Below are positions 48,301 to 55,210 of a stretch of 64,000 bases of DNA, in pieces. Numbering within the stretch: position 1 is the first letter of the stretch; each line of letters opens with the position of its first letter. The DNA lies in the IMG/VR virus record IMGVR_UViG_3300036832_001166, positions 61,433-125,432 of that record; one strand, written 5' to 3'. Source of the stretch: a virus. Under the pieces are notes generated by a model, which ran no database searches, had not been told where the DNA came from, and worked only from the letters and a program-made list of their open reading frames with translations. A program made the position numbers and the translations under genes.

Positions 48301-48490
48301 CAAGATCGACGCCGGGGAGTTCTCGTCGGAGGCGGAGCTGGCCGCCTACGGCATCGACCGGCCGTGGCGCGAGCACGACCTGGAGACCGGCGCGCAGATC
48401 GGCCCGCTGACGTGGCTCGGCAAGCAGCTCATGCTCGGCTCGCGCTGGAAGGGATCACGCCCCGTTGTCGTAGCTCAAGACGTGCGCTAG
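45350..48490 (+). CDS. MuF-like head morphogenesis protein fused to two zincin peptidase modules and a GNAT acetyltransferase
   Basis: CLAL...PPPLHTGCGC (MuF PPxHxxCxC); IAHEAAH...FEEG; VAHEAGH...EEMLADAY; LHEDQQSQGFG...GGYAWARRGF; three LHPR linkers. Confidence 0.8.
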   Translation: MAVADPQPPEQQLHPDAQRIITAAQTGAAISTGGQVAKAATVGPAIAASAPAVAAGKIVSAGVETAEFGIKVALALRILRKLFKGHKMESATWLENELRRRFPNADPAVIRAAVQREMQFEQAFQRKALARTERDMHAAGQLPTPQARAKRAGEIIAREKHYNALREQALLNRAIAHVENAGVKAVSPDGARWVLGQRKNHTLGCLALAGKNWPWEVLDTIPPPLHTGCGCSLQPLKPGDTVPPVADAIRAARAAMALEEAVRSVADAGEIDAYLAGQPARPSVSRALEMLQEARYDEVLHPRGRGGRWIEKLGKAKLKVKPTYEEQGGFTGKRLTKPQVQSVVRRVAEGVVDFYGGDKKAVNANYDQEYTATKGVDAQFRHPEEVFPGIAYGQNVADKIREPDMGLIGLRQIAHEAAHSLSGNRPGPLPGFAQHFEEGGAEILSIWFWHHRMQELDHRDAVRAGSKWTAPGAETLAHSVVYRNWTEELMRRAASKVGWDRIAIVDEVERVMRGDHTVRLHFRDETDPSFDLPKDLPDVAKGDHRGDEEGDNAVALMKWLVDDAGELREAEFTERLHPRDRLGKFSETLHRLHTITRQDVEAGRAPGLSVSGDLSPGVAGHAGIGGKGIRLSPSSFDKEGRVSSALVAHEAGHYLVNDIIKDGKVPDALEHYRAGYGYAGGRYRGAGQTILFRNPWKADEGDRPEEMLADAYSALLHGENEFSYTPGLDGPDDPESREQARQEFEASPKHKLLDVVAKAARDAGWPDKALYRWEASGPMSNRQYQLKLREAHWTEWLHPRGRGGAWVDAIHHEIKEPKAEEPHEGFTGEDFARAMDGFEHGGIVAVRANRTQVQNLYGEVWLNLQRPSEPRPVGLARVIVKPPNHRGERVAELANIYLHEDQQSQGFGRAFTDHLLSTLRDGGVDRINVEAVSVGGYAWARRGFVWTADKKAEQQRIVADAKTDGRWSEIARHTLPAALAEFERKIDAGEFSSEAELAAYGIDRPWREHDLETGAQIGPLTWLGKQLMLGSRWKGSRPVVVAQDVR
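48471..48489 (+). promoter_or_regulatory. Operator/extended -10 promoter for the CCA polyprotein gene
   Basis: TAGCTCAA-GAC-GTGCGCTA + GAAT, overlapping the upstream stop codon. Confidence 0.65.
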
Positions 48491-48502
48491 AATAGGGGGC
48501 AT

Positions 48503-51500
48503 ATGGATTGGGCGACAGCAGCGGCGATCGTGGCGGACAGGACACCGAGCCTGTCCGATCCACCCGACGCGCCAGGGGATGACCATGAGTTCTGGCAGCG
48601 GGTCAAGACGCTCGTCGACGGCGACGGCGACAGCATCGCGCTGAGCGAAGCCGAGCGCTACGACGAGATCCTGCACCCGCGCGACCGCAGCGGCAAGTGG
48701 ATGGCGAAGCTGGGGCTCTCGCATCTCCGCGAGGTCGGCGGAGCGCCGCGCGACGAGCTGCTCGGCAAGATCCCCAAGGACATCGACTACGTCGCCGCCG
48801 AGACCCCGGAGCGGATCAAGCAGGCGGTCGAGCAGGCAGGCGGGAAGACCGAGGAGCTGATGGTCCGCGACCGGCTGGTCGGCGTCCGCGCTACGCACCC
48901 GGCGTTGCCCGTCGGTGGCGTCGAGATCGTTCCCCCACGCGTGGAGGCGAGCACCGGGCCGGGGCGACACGACTTCGAGATCGTGCCGCACCCGGACCTG
49001 TATAGCCACGCCGAGCCGGGCCACGCTATGCCTCGCCACGCCCCACCCCGCCGAGCCGGGCCAGACCTCGCCGGGCCAAGCCCAGAGCAGGTTAGCCGGA
49101 TGCTGGCCGACGACGCGCAGCGTCGCGACTTCACGATCAACACTCTGCTGAGAGATCCCGCGACCGGCCAGCTCACCGACCCGACCGGCCACGGCGAGCA
49201 GGATGCGCGCAACCGGGTGTTGCGCATGGTTCACGACACGAGCTTCCAGGAGGACCCGCTGCGCATGCTGCGCGGTGCGCGCTTCGTCGCCCAGCACGGG
49301 CTGGAGCCCGACGCCGGGACGCTGGCAGCGATGCGCCGCGACTCCGGCGGGATGACCGCGCTGACCAAGAAGGGCGTCTCCGGGACCGTCCAGGACGAGC
49401 TGCGCAAGCTGCTGATGGGCGAGCACCCGGGCAAGGGTCTGCGGCTGATGCGCGACACCGGCATGTTCCAGACGCTGCTGCCCGAGCTGGCGCCGATGGT
49501 CGGATTTGATCAACGTTCGATCTACCACGAGCACGTGCTGGACGAGCACACGTTCAACGTGATCGACGAGCTGGCGCGGATGGGCGCGAGCCACGACGCG
49601 CGGCTGGCGGCCCTGTTTCACGACAGCGGCAAGCCGCTGACCGCCAACCTCAAGCCTGACGGCACGTACCGCTTCCACTCTCACCCCGAGCACGGCGACC
49701 ACGCCGACGTCGGCGCTGACATCGCGCGCCGCACGCTGAACCGCCTGAACTACCCGGCGGACACGATCAGCCACGTCACCGGGCTCGTCCGCGAGCACAT
49801 GCTCACCGCCGTCGAGAAGCCGACGCCGGTCAAGGCCCGCCGTCTGCGCGCCGCTCACTCCGACCGGTTCCTGACCGACCTGCTGGACCACAAGCAGGCC
49901 GACATGGAGGGCCACGGCGAAACGATCGCCAAGAGCCTGGAGGGCGTCCACAAGCTGCGCGACCTGCTGGCTGAGAACGCGCAGGCGCCGCGGTCGCTGA
50001 AGGATCTGAAGATCGACGGCCGCGACCTGATCGCGCAGGGCGTCGAGCCCGGGCCGCGGCTGGGCGCCATCCTGCGCCAGCTCCTGACCGAGGTGGTGCT
50101 CAACCCGGACCTGAACCGCCGCGAATGGCTGCTGCAGCGCGCCGAGCGCCTGGCCGTCACGCCGATGCAGGAGAGCGTCTACTCCGAGCTGCTGCATCCG
50201 CGTGACCGCGCGGGGAAGTGGATCGCGGGACGCCGGAAGCTTGTCGACCTGGACGCTATCGCCAGCCGCGCGCACGCCGGGCAGGTCGACAAGTCGGGGC
50301 GCCCGTACATGGAGCATGTGCGCGCCGTCGCCGACTCGGTCAAGCCCGAGGCGCGGCCGGTCGCGTTCATGCACGACGCGCTGGAGGACACGCAGATGGC
50401 CCCGCAGGATCTGGAGGGGGTCCTGGAGCCGCACGAGATCGAGGCGGTCAAGCTGCTGACCCGGCCGAAGGGCGACGGGATGAGCTACGACGCCTACATC
50501 GAGAAGATCGCGACGGCGCCCGGCCCGGCTGGGGAGCTGGCGCGCGAGGTCAAGGCCGCTGACCTGAACCACAACCTCGGCCGGATGAGCAACCTCGACG
50601 CGAAGACGCAGGCGCGGCTGCGTCCGCGCTACGAGGCGGCTATCGCGCGGCTGTCACCGGCGCCGCACCCGTTTCAGCAGGCGGGCGACCCGGAGAACTT
50701 CGCGGGCGTCACCCGCGAGCAGGCCGAGGCGCACCTCCGGCGGCTGTATGAGATCAGCCTGCGCTCACCCGAGCATGCCGCCAATCTTGCGTGGTACGAC
50801 ACGCAGCATGCGCTGATCCAGGATGTGGCCGCAGAGCACGGCGTCGACCCGGTCACGATGGCAGCAGCGATCTCGGCGACGTCGCCCCAACTCGCGTGGG
50901 ATCACACGTCGAAGGCTGGTGTGTTCACCCGCCCGAACCTGAGCCTGGCGCTCAACGCCCTGCGGCTCGCGCGCGCCTTCCCGGACGAGCCCGCGCCGCT
51001 GCTGGTCGAGCGGCTGCTGGCGGCGGCGGAGGGCCAGAAGGGCCCGAGCGAGGTTCAAGGTCTCGGCAGCTCGGTGGAGAAGGCGATCAGGATCTTTCGC
51101 GGCGAGGATCCCGACAAGGTGCTGACCGCACCGAAGACCCGGTCGTTCTACAACAACCTCGTCTGGCCCGAGCTGAGCACAACGGTCACCGTCGACGCGC
51201 ACATGGCGCGCGCCGGGCTGGGGATCCTGGAGAAGAAGGGCTACGCGCAAGCGGACAAGGCCATCGAGGAGAAGGCCAAGGGATCCGGCTACACGTGGAT
51301 GGCGAACCGCATCGAGGCGATCGCGCGCGAGTTCGGCGTGCTCCCCCACCAGGCCCAGGCCGCGATCTGGGTCGAACGCAAGCGCGAGTCAGACGAGGTC
51401 GAGCGGCTGGCCAAGGAGGCCGAGAAGAAGCGGTGGGCGAGCCTGACGAAGGAGGAGCAGGCGGCGGAGCGCGCGGCGAAGAAGGCCGAGCGCGAGCGCA

Positions 51501-51586
51501 AGAACGCCGAGAAGGCAGCCAAGAAGGAGGCGCGCCAGGCCGCCGGTCTCAAGGTCGCCAAGCGCGAGCACTACAAAGGCTCATGA
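48503..51586 (+). CDS. Polyprotein: CCA tRNA nucleotidyltransferase with HD domain + (p)ppGpp-hydrolase-like HD domain + HhH-GPD glycosylase-like domain
   Basis: VGGAPRDELLG..PKDIDY, DDAQRRDFTIN, FQEDPLRMLRGARF, ALFHDSGK, LKIDGRDL..G..PGP; AHAGQVDKSGRPYMEH...MHDALEDT...VKAADLNHN; AWYD...SATSPQ..W...KTRSFY.N...VTVDAHM...QAAIW. Confidence 0.85.
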   Translation: MDWATAAAIVADRTPSLSDPPDAPGDDHEFWQRVKTLVDGDGDSIALSEAERYDEILHPRDRSGKWMAKLGLSHLREVGGAPRDELLGKIPKDIDYVAAETPERIKQAVEQAGGKTEELMVRDRLVGVRATHPALPVGGVEIVPPRVEASTGPGRHDFEIVPHPDLYSHAEPGHAMPRHAPPRRAGPDLAGPSPEQVSRMLADDAQRRDFTINTLLRDPATGQLTDPTGHGEQDARNRVLRMVHDTSFQEDPLRMLRGARFVAQHGLEPDAGTLAAMRRDSGGMTALTKKGVSGTVQDELRKLLMGEHPGKGLRLMRDTGMFQTLLPELAPMVGFDQRSIYHEHVLDEHTFNVIDELARMGASHDARLAALFHDSGKPLTANLKPDGTYRFHSHPEHGDHADVGADIARRTLNRLNYPADTISHVTGLVREHMLTAVEKPTPVKARRLRAAHSDRFLTDLLDHKQADMEGHGETIAKSLEGVHKLRDLLAENAQAPRSLKDLKIDGRDLIAQGVEPGPRLGAILRQLLTEVVLNPDLNRREWLLQRAERLAVTPMQESVYSELLHPRDRAGKWIAGRRKLVDLDAIASRAHAGQVDKSGRPYMEHVRAVADSVKPEARPVAFMHDALEDTQMAPQDLEGVLEPHEIEAVKLLTRPKGDGMSYDAYIEKIATAPGPAGELAREVKAADLNHNLGRMSNLDAKTQARLRPRYEAAIARLSPAPHPFQQAGDPENFAGVTREQAEAHLRRLYEISLRSPEHAANLAWYDTQHALIQDVAAEHGVDPVTMAAAISATSPQLAWDHTSKAGVFTRPNLSLALNALRLARAFPDEPAPLLVERLLAAAEGQKGPSEVQGLGSSVEKAIRIFRGEDPDKVLTAPKTRSFYNNLVWPELSTTVTVDAHMARAGLGILEKKGYAQADKAIEEKAKGSGYTWMANRIEAIAREFGVLPHQAQAAIWVERKRESDEVERLAKEAEKKRWASLTKEEQAAERAAKKAERERKNAEKAAKKEARQAAGLKVAKREHYKGS
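48959..49082 (-). ncRNA. Antisense GGY-NN array (16 perfectly phased pentamers) plus 3' hairpin, inside the CCA-enzyme coding sequence
   Basis: Minus strand GGCTT GGCCC GGCGA GGTCT GGCCC GGCTC GGCGG GGTGG GGCGT GGCGA GGCAT AGCGT GGCCC GGCTC GGCGT GGCTA (49082-49003); 14-bp stem with one bulge at 48995-48959. Confidence 0.65.
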
Positions 51587-51595
51587 TGTGTGCTA
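51577..51595 (+). promoter_or_regulatory. Degenerate operator/extended -10 promoter
   Basis: AGGCTCAT-GAT-GTGTGCTA + CGAT. Confidence 0.6.
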
Positions 51596-51607
51596 CGATG
51601 GAGTCAT

Positions 51608-53272
51608 ATGATCAGTGACGACCCGCAGCCACTCGACGTCTACGACGGGCCGCTGGACCTGGAGTTGCCCGAGTACGACCTGCAGGAGTGGGCGGGCGGC
51701 GGGGATCTCGACGCGCTGGTCGACAACCTGACCAGCGAGCCGCTGCAGGAGGCGTTCGATCCGACACAGCCGCGCTTCCCGAAGGGCCACGCCCGCGCCG
51801 GGCAGTGGCGCCCCAAGCTCGCGCCCGAGCTGGCCGACGTGCTGGAGAAAGACCTGAAGCCGATCCGCGACAAGATCGACCGGATACACGCCGTCACCGA
51901 CAACGACGACGAGCCCGGCTGGGTCGGCCGCGCCGACGCGCAGAACCTGCAGGCGCTCGGCGACATGCTCGGCACGCTCGCCGCCAAGCACTCGACGTTC
52001 ACCGCCTACCACGACCGCCGCAAGGCGCAGGAAGCCAAGTGGGCGGACCTTGACGAGGAGCGCTACCGCACCCTGAAGCAGCTCGACTCGTACCTGATCG
52101 ACCCGCAGTCCAAGGGGAACGTCATCAGCGACTGGACGGACCGCGCCGGACGCCTGATCGACAGCCCCGAGCGCCAGGCCGAGCGCCAGAAGCTGCTGGA
52201 CCGCGTCGACGAGCTGAACCAGCAGCAGACCGACATCCAAGCCGAGGTGACCCGGCTGGGGGAGGCCGAGAAGCGCGCGCGCCGCGACGCCATCGTCGGC
52301 GTGATCGCGAAGATCCGGCCGATGGGCGGCAAGATCGACACCAGCGTGGGGACCGTCGCGGGCGTGGGGCTGCCGTCGGTGATGACCGAGCACGCACAGG
52401 AGCACGTGCGCGAGATCCAGCGGCTCATTCCAACCGACTGGATCGACGACATGAACCGCGCTGGGACGCTCAAGATCCAGATCCACCAGCCGCCGTTCCG
52501 CGCCTACCACCAGAGCCAGACGCACACCGTCCGCGCCCGGCCAACGAAGGGCGGCGCGCCACCGATCACCCCCGAGCAGCTCGACAGCATCGACTGGGCG
52601 CACAAGGAGGGCGGCGAGTACGTCGGCATGTACGACAACCGCTGGCCGGTGATCCGGCGGCCCGGTACGACGGAGGGCGGCATCGGCCCGAACGCCGCGA
52701 TCTACGACTGGGTCAACGACAACGGCGCGATGCGCAACCTCACGTTCGGTATCCCCGCCGCGGAGGGCCGCGCCGCGGAGGCATACCACCCGGACAAGCT
52801 GAACCGCGAGGCGCCGCTGCCGCCGGTGTCCGAGCAGACGACCGTCGACTCCACCATCCACATGACGTCGGACTCGCCTGCGGCGATCTTCCTGCACGAG
52901 ACGCTGCACCGCGTCCAGGCTGTCCCCGGCTCGCGCACGCTGTCACAACTGGACCCGACCAAGGCGACGAGCACCGTCCGCCACCGTGCCGAGTACAACT
53001 ACCTCACGTGGCGCAGCGGCGGCAGCAACGCGCAGCCCGAGAAGCTCACCGACCTGCAGCCCAACAGCGGCTACGAGGAGCACGAGATGTCGATCCCCGA
53101 CCGGTGGCCCTCGCCGTACTACGGCAAGGTGTACAGCGGCGGCTACGGCGCCACCGAGTACAACGAGCTGCTGACGATGGCGATCCAAGATCTCTACTAC
53201 GACCCGGCGACGCTGTGGGCCACCGACCAGGAGACCTACCAGTGGGCGCTTGGCCTGCTGGCGGCCACATGA
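51608..53272 (+). CDS. Linker-led coiled-coil plus zincin metallopeptidase protein
   Basis: Acidic leader, LQEAFDPTQPRFPKGHARAGQW linker variant, coiled coil, FLHETLHRVQ...YYGKVY...YNELLTMAIQDLY. Confidence 0.75.
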   Translation: MISDDPQPLDVYDGPLDLELPEYDLQEWAGGGDLDALVDNLTSEPLQEAFDPTQPRFPKGHARAGQWRPKLAPELADVLEKDLKPIRDKIDRIHAVTDNDDEPGWVGRADAQNLQALGDMLGTLAAKHSTFTAYHDRRKAQEAKWADLDEERYRTLKQLDSYLIDPQSKGNVISDWTDRAGRLIDSPERQAERQKLLDRVDELNQQQTDIQAEVTRLGEAEKRARRDAIVGVIAKIRPMGGKIDTSVGTVAGVGLPSVMTEHAQEHVREIQRLIPTDWIDDMNRAGTLKIQIHQPPFRAYHQSQTHTVRARPTKGGAPPITPEQLDSIDWAHKEGGEYVGMYDNRWPVIRRPGTTEGGIGPNAAIYDWVNDNGAMRNLTFGIPAAEGRAAEAYHPDKLNREAPLPPVSEQTTVDSTIHMTSDSPAAIFLHETLHRVQAVPGSRTLSQLDPTKATSTVRHRAEYNYLTWRSGGSNAQPEKLTDLQPNSGYEEHEMSIPDRWPSPYYGKVYSGGYGATEYNELLTMAIQDLYYDPATLWATDQETYQWALGLLAAT

Positions 53273-53571
53273 GCCTCACCACCACCATCGACGGCAGCTT
53301 CCGCGGCCGCCCGGTCCGGCTCGTGATCGAGGACGGCAAGATCACTCAAGGCCAGCACGAGAGCGCCGCGAGCTGGGCGATCGGCACCGTCGAAGGCGGC
53401 GGTGAAGTGTCGATCCCGGGCGTGTGGGCGGGTCCCGCCAGCCTCACCGACCCGTGGGCGATCCGCGCGCTGTTTCTCAAGGGCATGGACCCCGACGGGC
53501 TGACGATCACGCAGACGCCACCGGCGCCGTCGCTGACCGAGCCCGAAGCGATGGCCGACACCGTCTACTGA
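53269..53571 (+). CDS. Small protein coupled to the zincin gene (possible partner or immunity protein)
   Basis: ATGA overlap; 100 aa. Confidence 0.6.
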   Translation: MSLTTTIDGSFRGRPVRLVIEDGKITQGQHESAASWAIGTVEGGGEVSIPGVWAGPASLTDPWAIRALFLKGMDPDGLTITQTPPAPSLTEPEAMADTVY

Positions 53572-53867
53572 TGGCCCGGCGCCGCCGGTACGTCATCGCC
53601 TACCAGGAGATCGCCGCCGTCAACGAGCGGCTGTTCCTCAGCGCCACCTCCGGCCAGCTCGTACCCCGGATCATCCCGCATGCGCATTGGTGGTGCGCGG
53701 CCGACAAGCCCGAGATCCAGCAGACCGACCGAGACCGCTTCGCGATCCGCCCGGTCTACAACCGCTCGCCCGTCCCCGAAGACGCCAGATGCGAGACATG
53801 CGCCATAGGCATCCGCGAGCTACAGCAGCTACTAGAAGGCTCTGAGCGCCTCACACGGCCCGCCTGA
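53571..53867 (+). CDS. Hypothetical protein
   Basis: TGATG coupling; CETC motif. Confidence 0.55.
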   Translation: MARRRRYVIAYQEIAAVNERLFLSATSGQLVPRIIPHAHWWCAADKPEIQQTDRDRFAIRPVYNRSPVPEDARCETCAIGIRELQQLLEGSERLTRPA

Positions 53868-53937
53868 GCCCCTCCGCGCCGGAGGCCGGACCCCCGGGTC
53901 AAGTCCGGATCCCGCACCGTCAGCGCCCGCGCGTACA

Positions 53938-54573
53938 GTGCCAGGCGTGAGCCTGAACGGGCGCCTGACCGCCAGTGAGCTGTCCCCCATCGCGGGTGGC
54001 GTGCTCGCTCACGATGCCGCCGCCGCGTGGAACGCCATGAACGTCGAATGTCGCCGCCGTGGTGTCGAGCTGCGACCCAACGGCAGCAAGTCCAGCTACC
54101 GCACCTACGCGCAGCAGGTCGAGCTGTGGGAGCTGTACACGTCGGGCCGCGGCAGCCTTGCCGCGCACCCCGGCACCTCGAACCACGGCTGGGGGCTCGC
54201 CGTCGATCTCGCCACGCGCGAGATGCGCGCCATGCTCGACCAGGTCGGCAACCCGTACGGCTGGAGCAAGGCGACGTCCGACGCTCAATCGGAGTGGTGG
54301 CATATCGCCTGGCGCACCGGATCATGGCGCGGCCCTGACCCCGGGCCCTACGGTCAGACGACACCACCCCCCACACCCCTACCTCAAGGAGCCAAGATGG
54401 CGGATCTCGTCGCCGTCCTCAAAGACAACAAGGCCATCGAACTGTTCGTGCTCGACGACAAGGGCACCGTCTGGCACGCCTGGCAGACCGCCCCCAACGG
54501 CGGCTGGGCGGGCGCCGAAGCAGGCAAACGCAACGCCGCCTGGTACTCGTTGGGCGCGCCCGGCAAGCCATGA
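53938..54573 (+). CDS. Endolysin: M15/VanY-type peptidase with a C-terminal lectin-like repeat
   Basis: SSYRTYAQQ...AAHPGTSNHGWGLAVDL...SEWWHI; IELFVLDDKGTVWHAWQTAPNGGW...WYSLG resembles a beta-propeller lectin repeat. Confidence 0.85.
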   Translation: MPGVSLNGRLTASELSPIAGGVLAHDAAAAWNAMNVECRRRGVELRPNGSKSSYRTYAQQVELWELYTSGRGSLAAHPGTSNHGWGLAVDLATREMRAMLDQVGNPYGWSKATSDAQSEWWHIAWRTGSWRGPDPGPYGQTTPPPTPLPQGAKMADLVAVLKDNKAIELFVLDDKGTVWHAWQTAPNGGWAGAEAGKRNAAWYSLGAPGKP

Positions 54574-54953
54574 AGCTCGACGTCTCCAAGATCGCCAGCG
54601 ACAAGCCGGTCGTGACGATCCTGACCCTCGTCGCGGCGACCGTCGCGATCGTCGTCGGCGGGATCGTCACCATCACCAACCCGCAGTCGCTGAGCTTCCA
54701 CCAGTACGTGCAGGACATCGCGTTCATGGCCGGAGCGCTCGGGCTCGGCTCCGGCATCGGCCGCGGCATCGACAGCTACGGCGGCCGGATCGCGCAGGCT
54801 ACGCAGGCTACGCAGGCGCCGCCACCCGCGCCGCCACCCATACCGCCGCCCGTGACGGCGCCCGCCGCCGACCTGGCGCCCGGACCGCCGCTGCCAGCCG
54901 CGCCCGGCATGCCGCCACCACCACCCGAGCCGCCGCCCGCCCGCCATGCCTGA
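54570..54953 (+). CDS. Holin-like membrane protein with Pro-rich tail
   Basis: Two hydrophobic segments; coupled to the endolysin. Confidence 0.6.
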   Translation: MKLDVSKIASDKPVVTILTLVAATVAIVVGGIVTITNPQSLSFHQYVQDIAFMAGALGLGSGIGRGIDSYGGRIAQATQATQAPPPAPPPIPPPVTAPAADLAPGPPLPAAPGMPPPPPEPPPARHA

Positions 54954-54973
54954 CCAACACGAGGAGAGCTGAA

Positions 54974-55210
54974 ATGGCCATCACCGTCGGAACCAGCGCC
55001 ACAAAGATCTACCCCGCATCCGCCGTCGAGCACGAGGTCCAGGTACGCAACAACGGCGCCGCGATCATCTCCGTCGGCAAGAGTTCGACCGTCACCGTCG
55101 CATCCGGCATGACGATCGCCAGCGGCGCCACGCAAGAGGTCGATCTCGCGCCCGGCGAAGAGCTGTACGCCATCGTCCCGTCCGGCACCGCCACCGTCGA
55201 CGTCCTCTGA
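54974..55210 (+). CDS. Small beta-rich protein (possible virion decoration protein)
   Basis: GAGGAG RBS; VRNNG...G...VT...G..IASG...LAPGEELYAIV...GTATVDV pattern seen in actinophage small structural proteins. Confidence 0.6.
   Translation: MAITVGTSATKIYPASAVEHEVQVRNNGAAIISVGKSSTVTVASGMTIASGATQEVDLAPGEELYAIVPSGTATVDVL

Noticed and set aside
18863-49082. Self-targeting of the operator or start-associated motif by the arrays (NN strings contain TG-TA-GC and CT-CC-TC-GG)
   Set aside because: The resemblance is only a few dinucleotides read contiguously, which is expected by chance. I could not run a gapped-pattern search, so no target is claimed.
46172-52909. Long minus-strand ORFs (46172-48091, 48455-50572, 51593-52909)
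   Set aside because: They are antisense shadows of high-GC3 genes that carry clear enzyme motifs on the plus strand.
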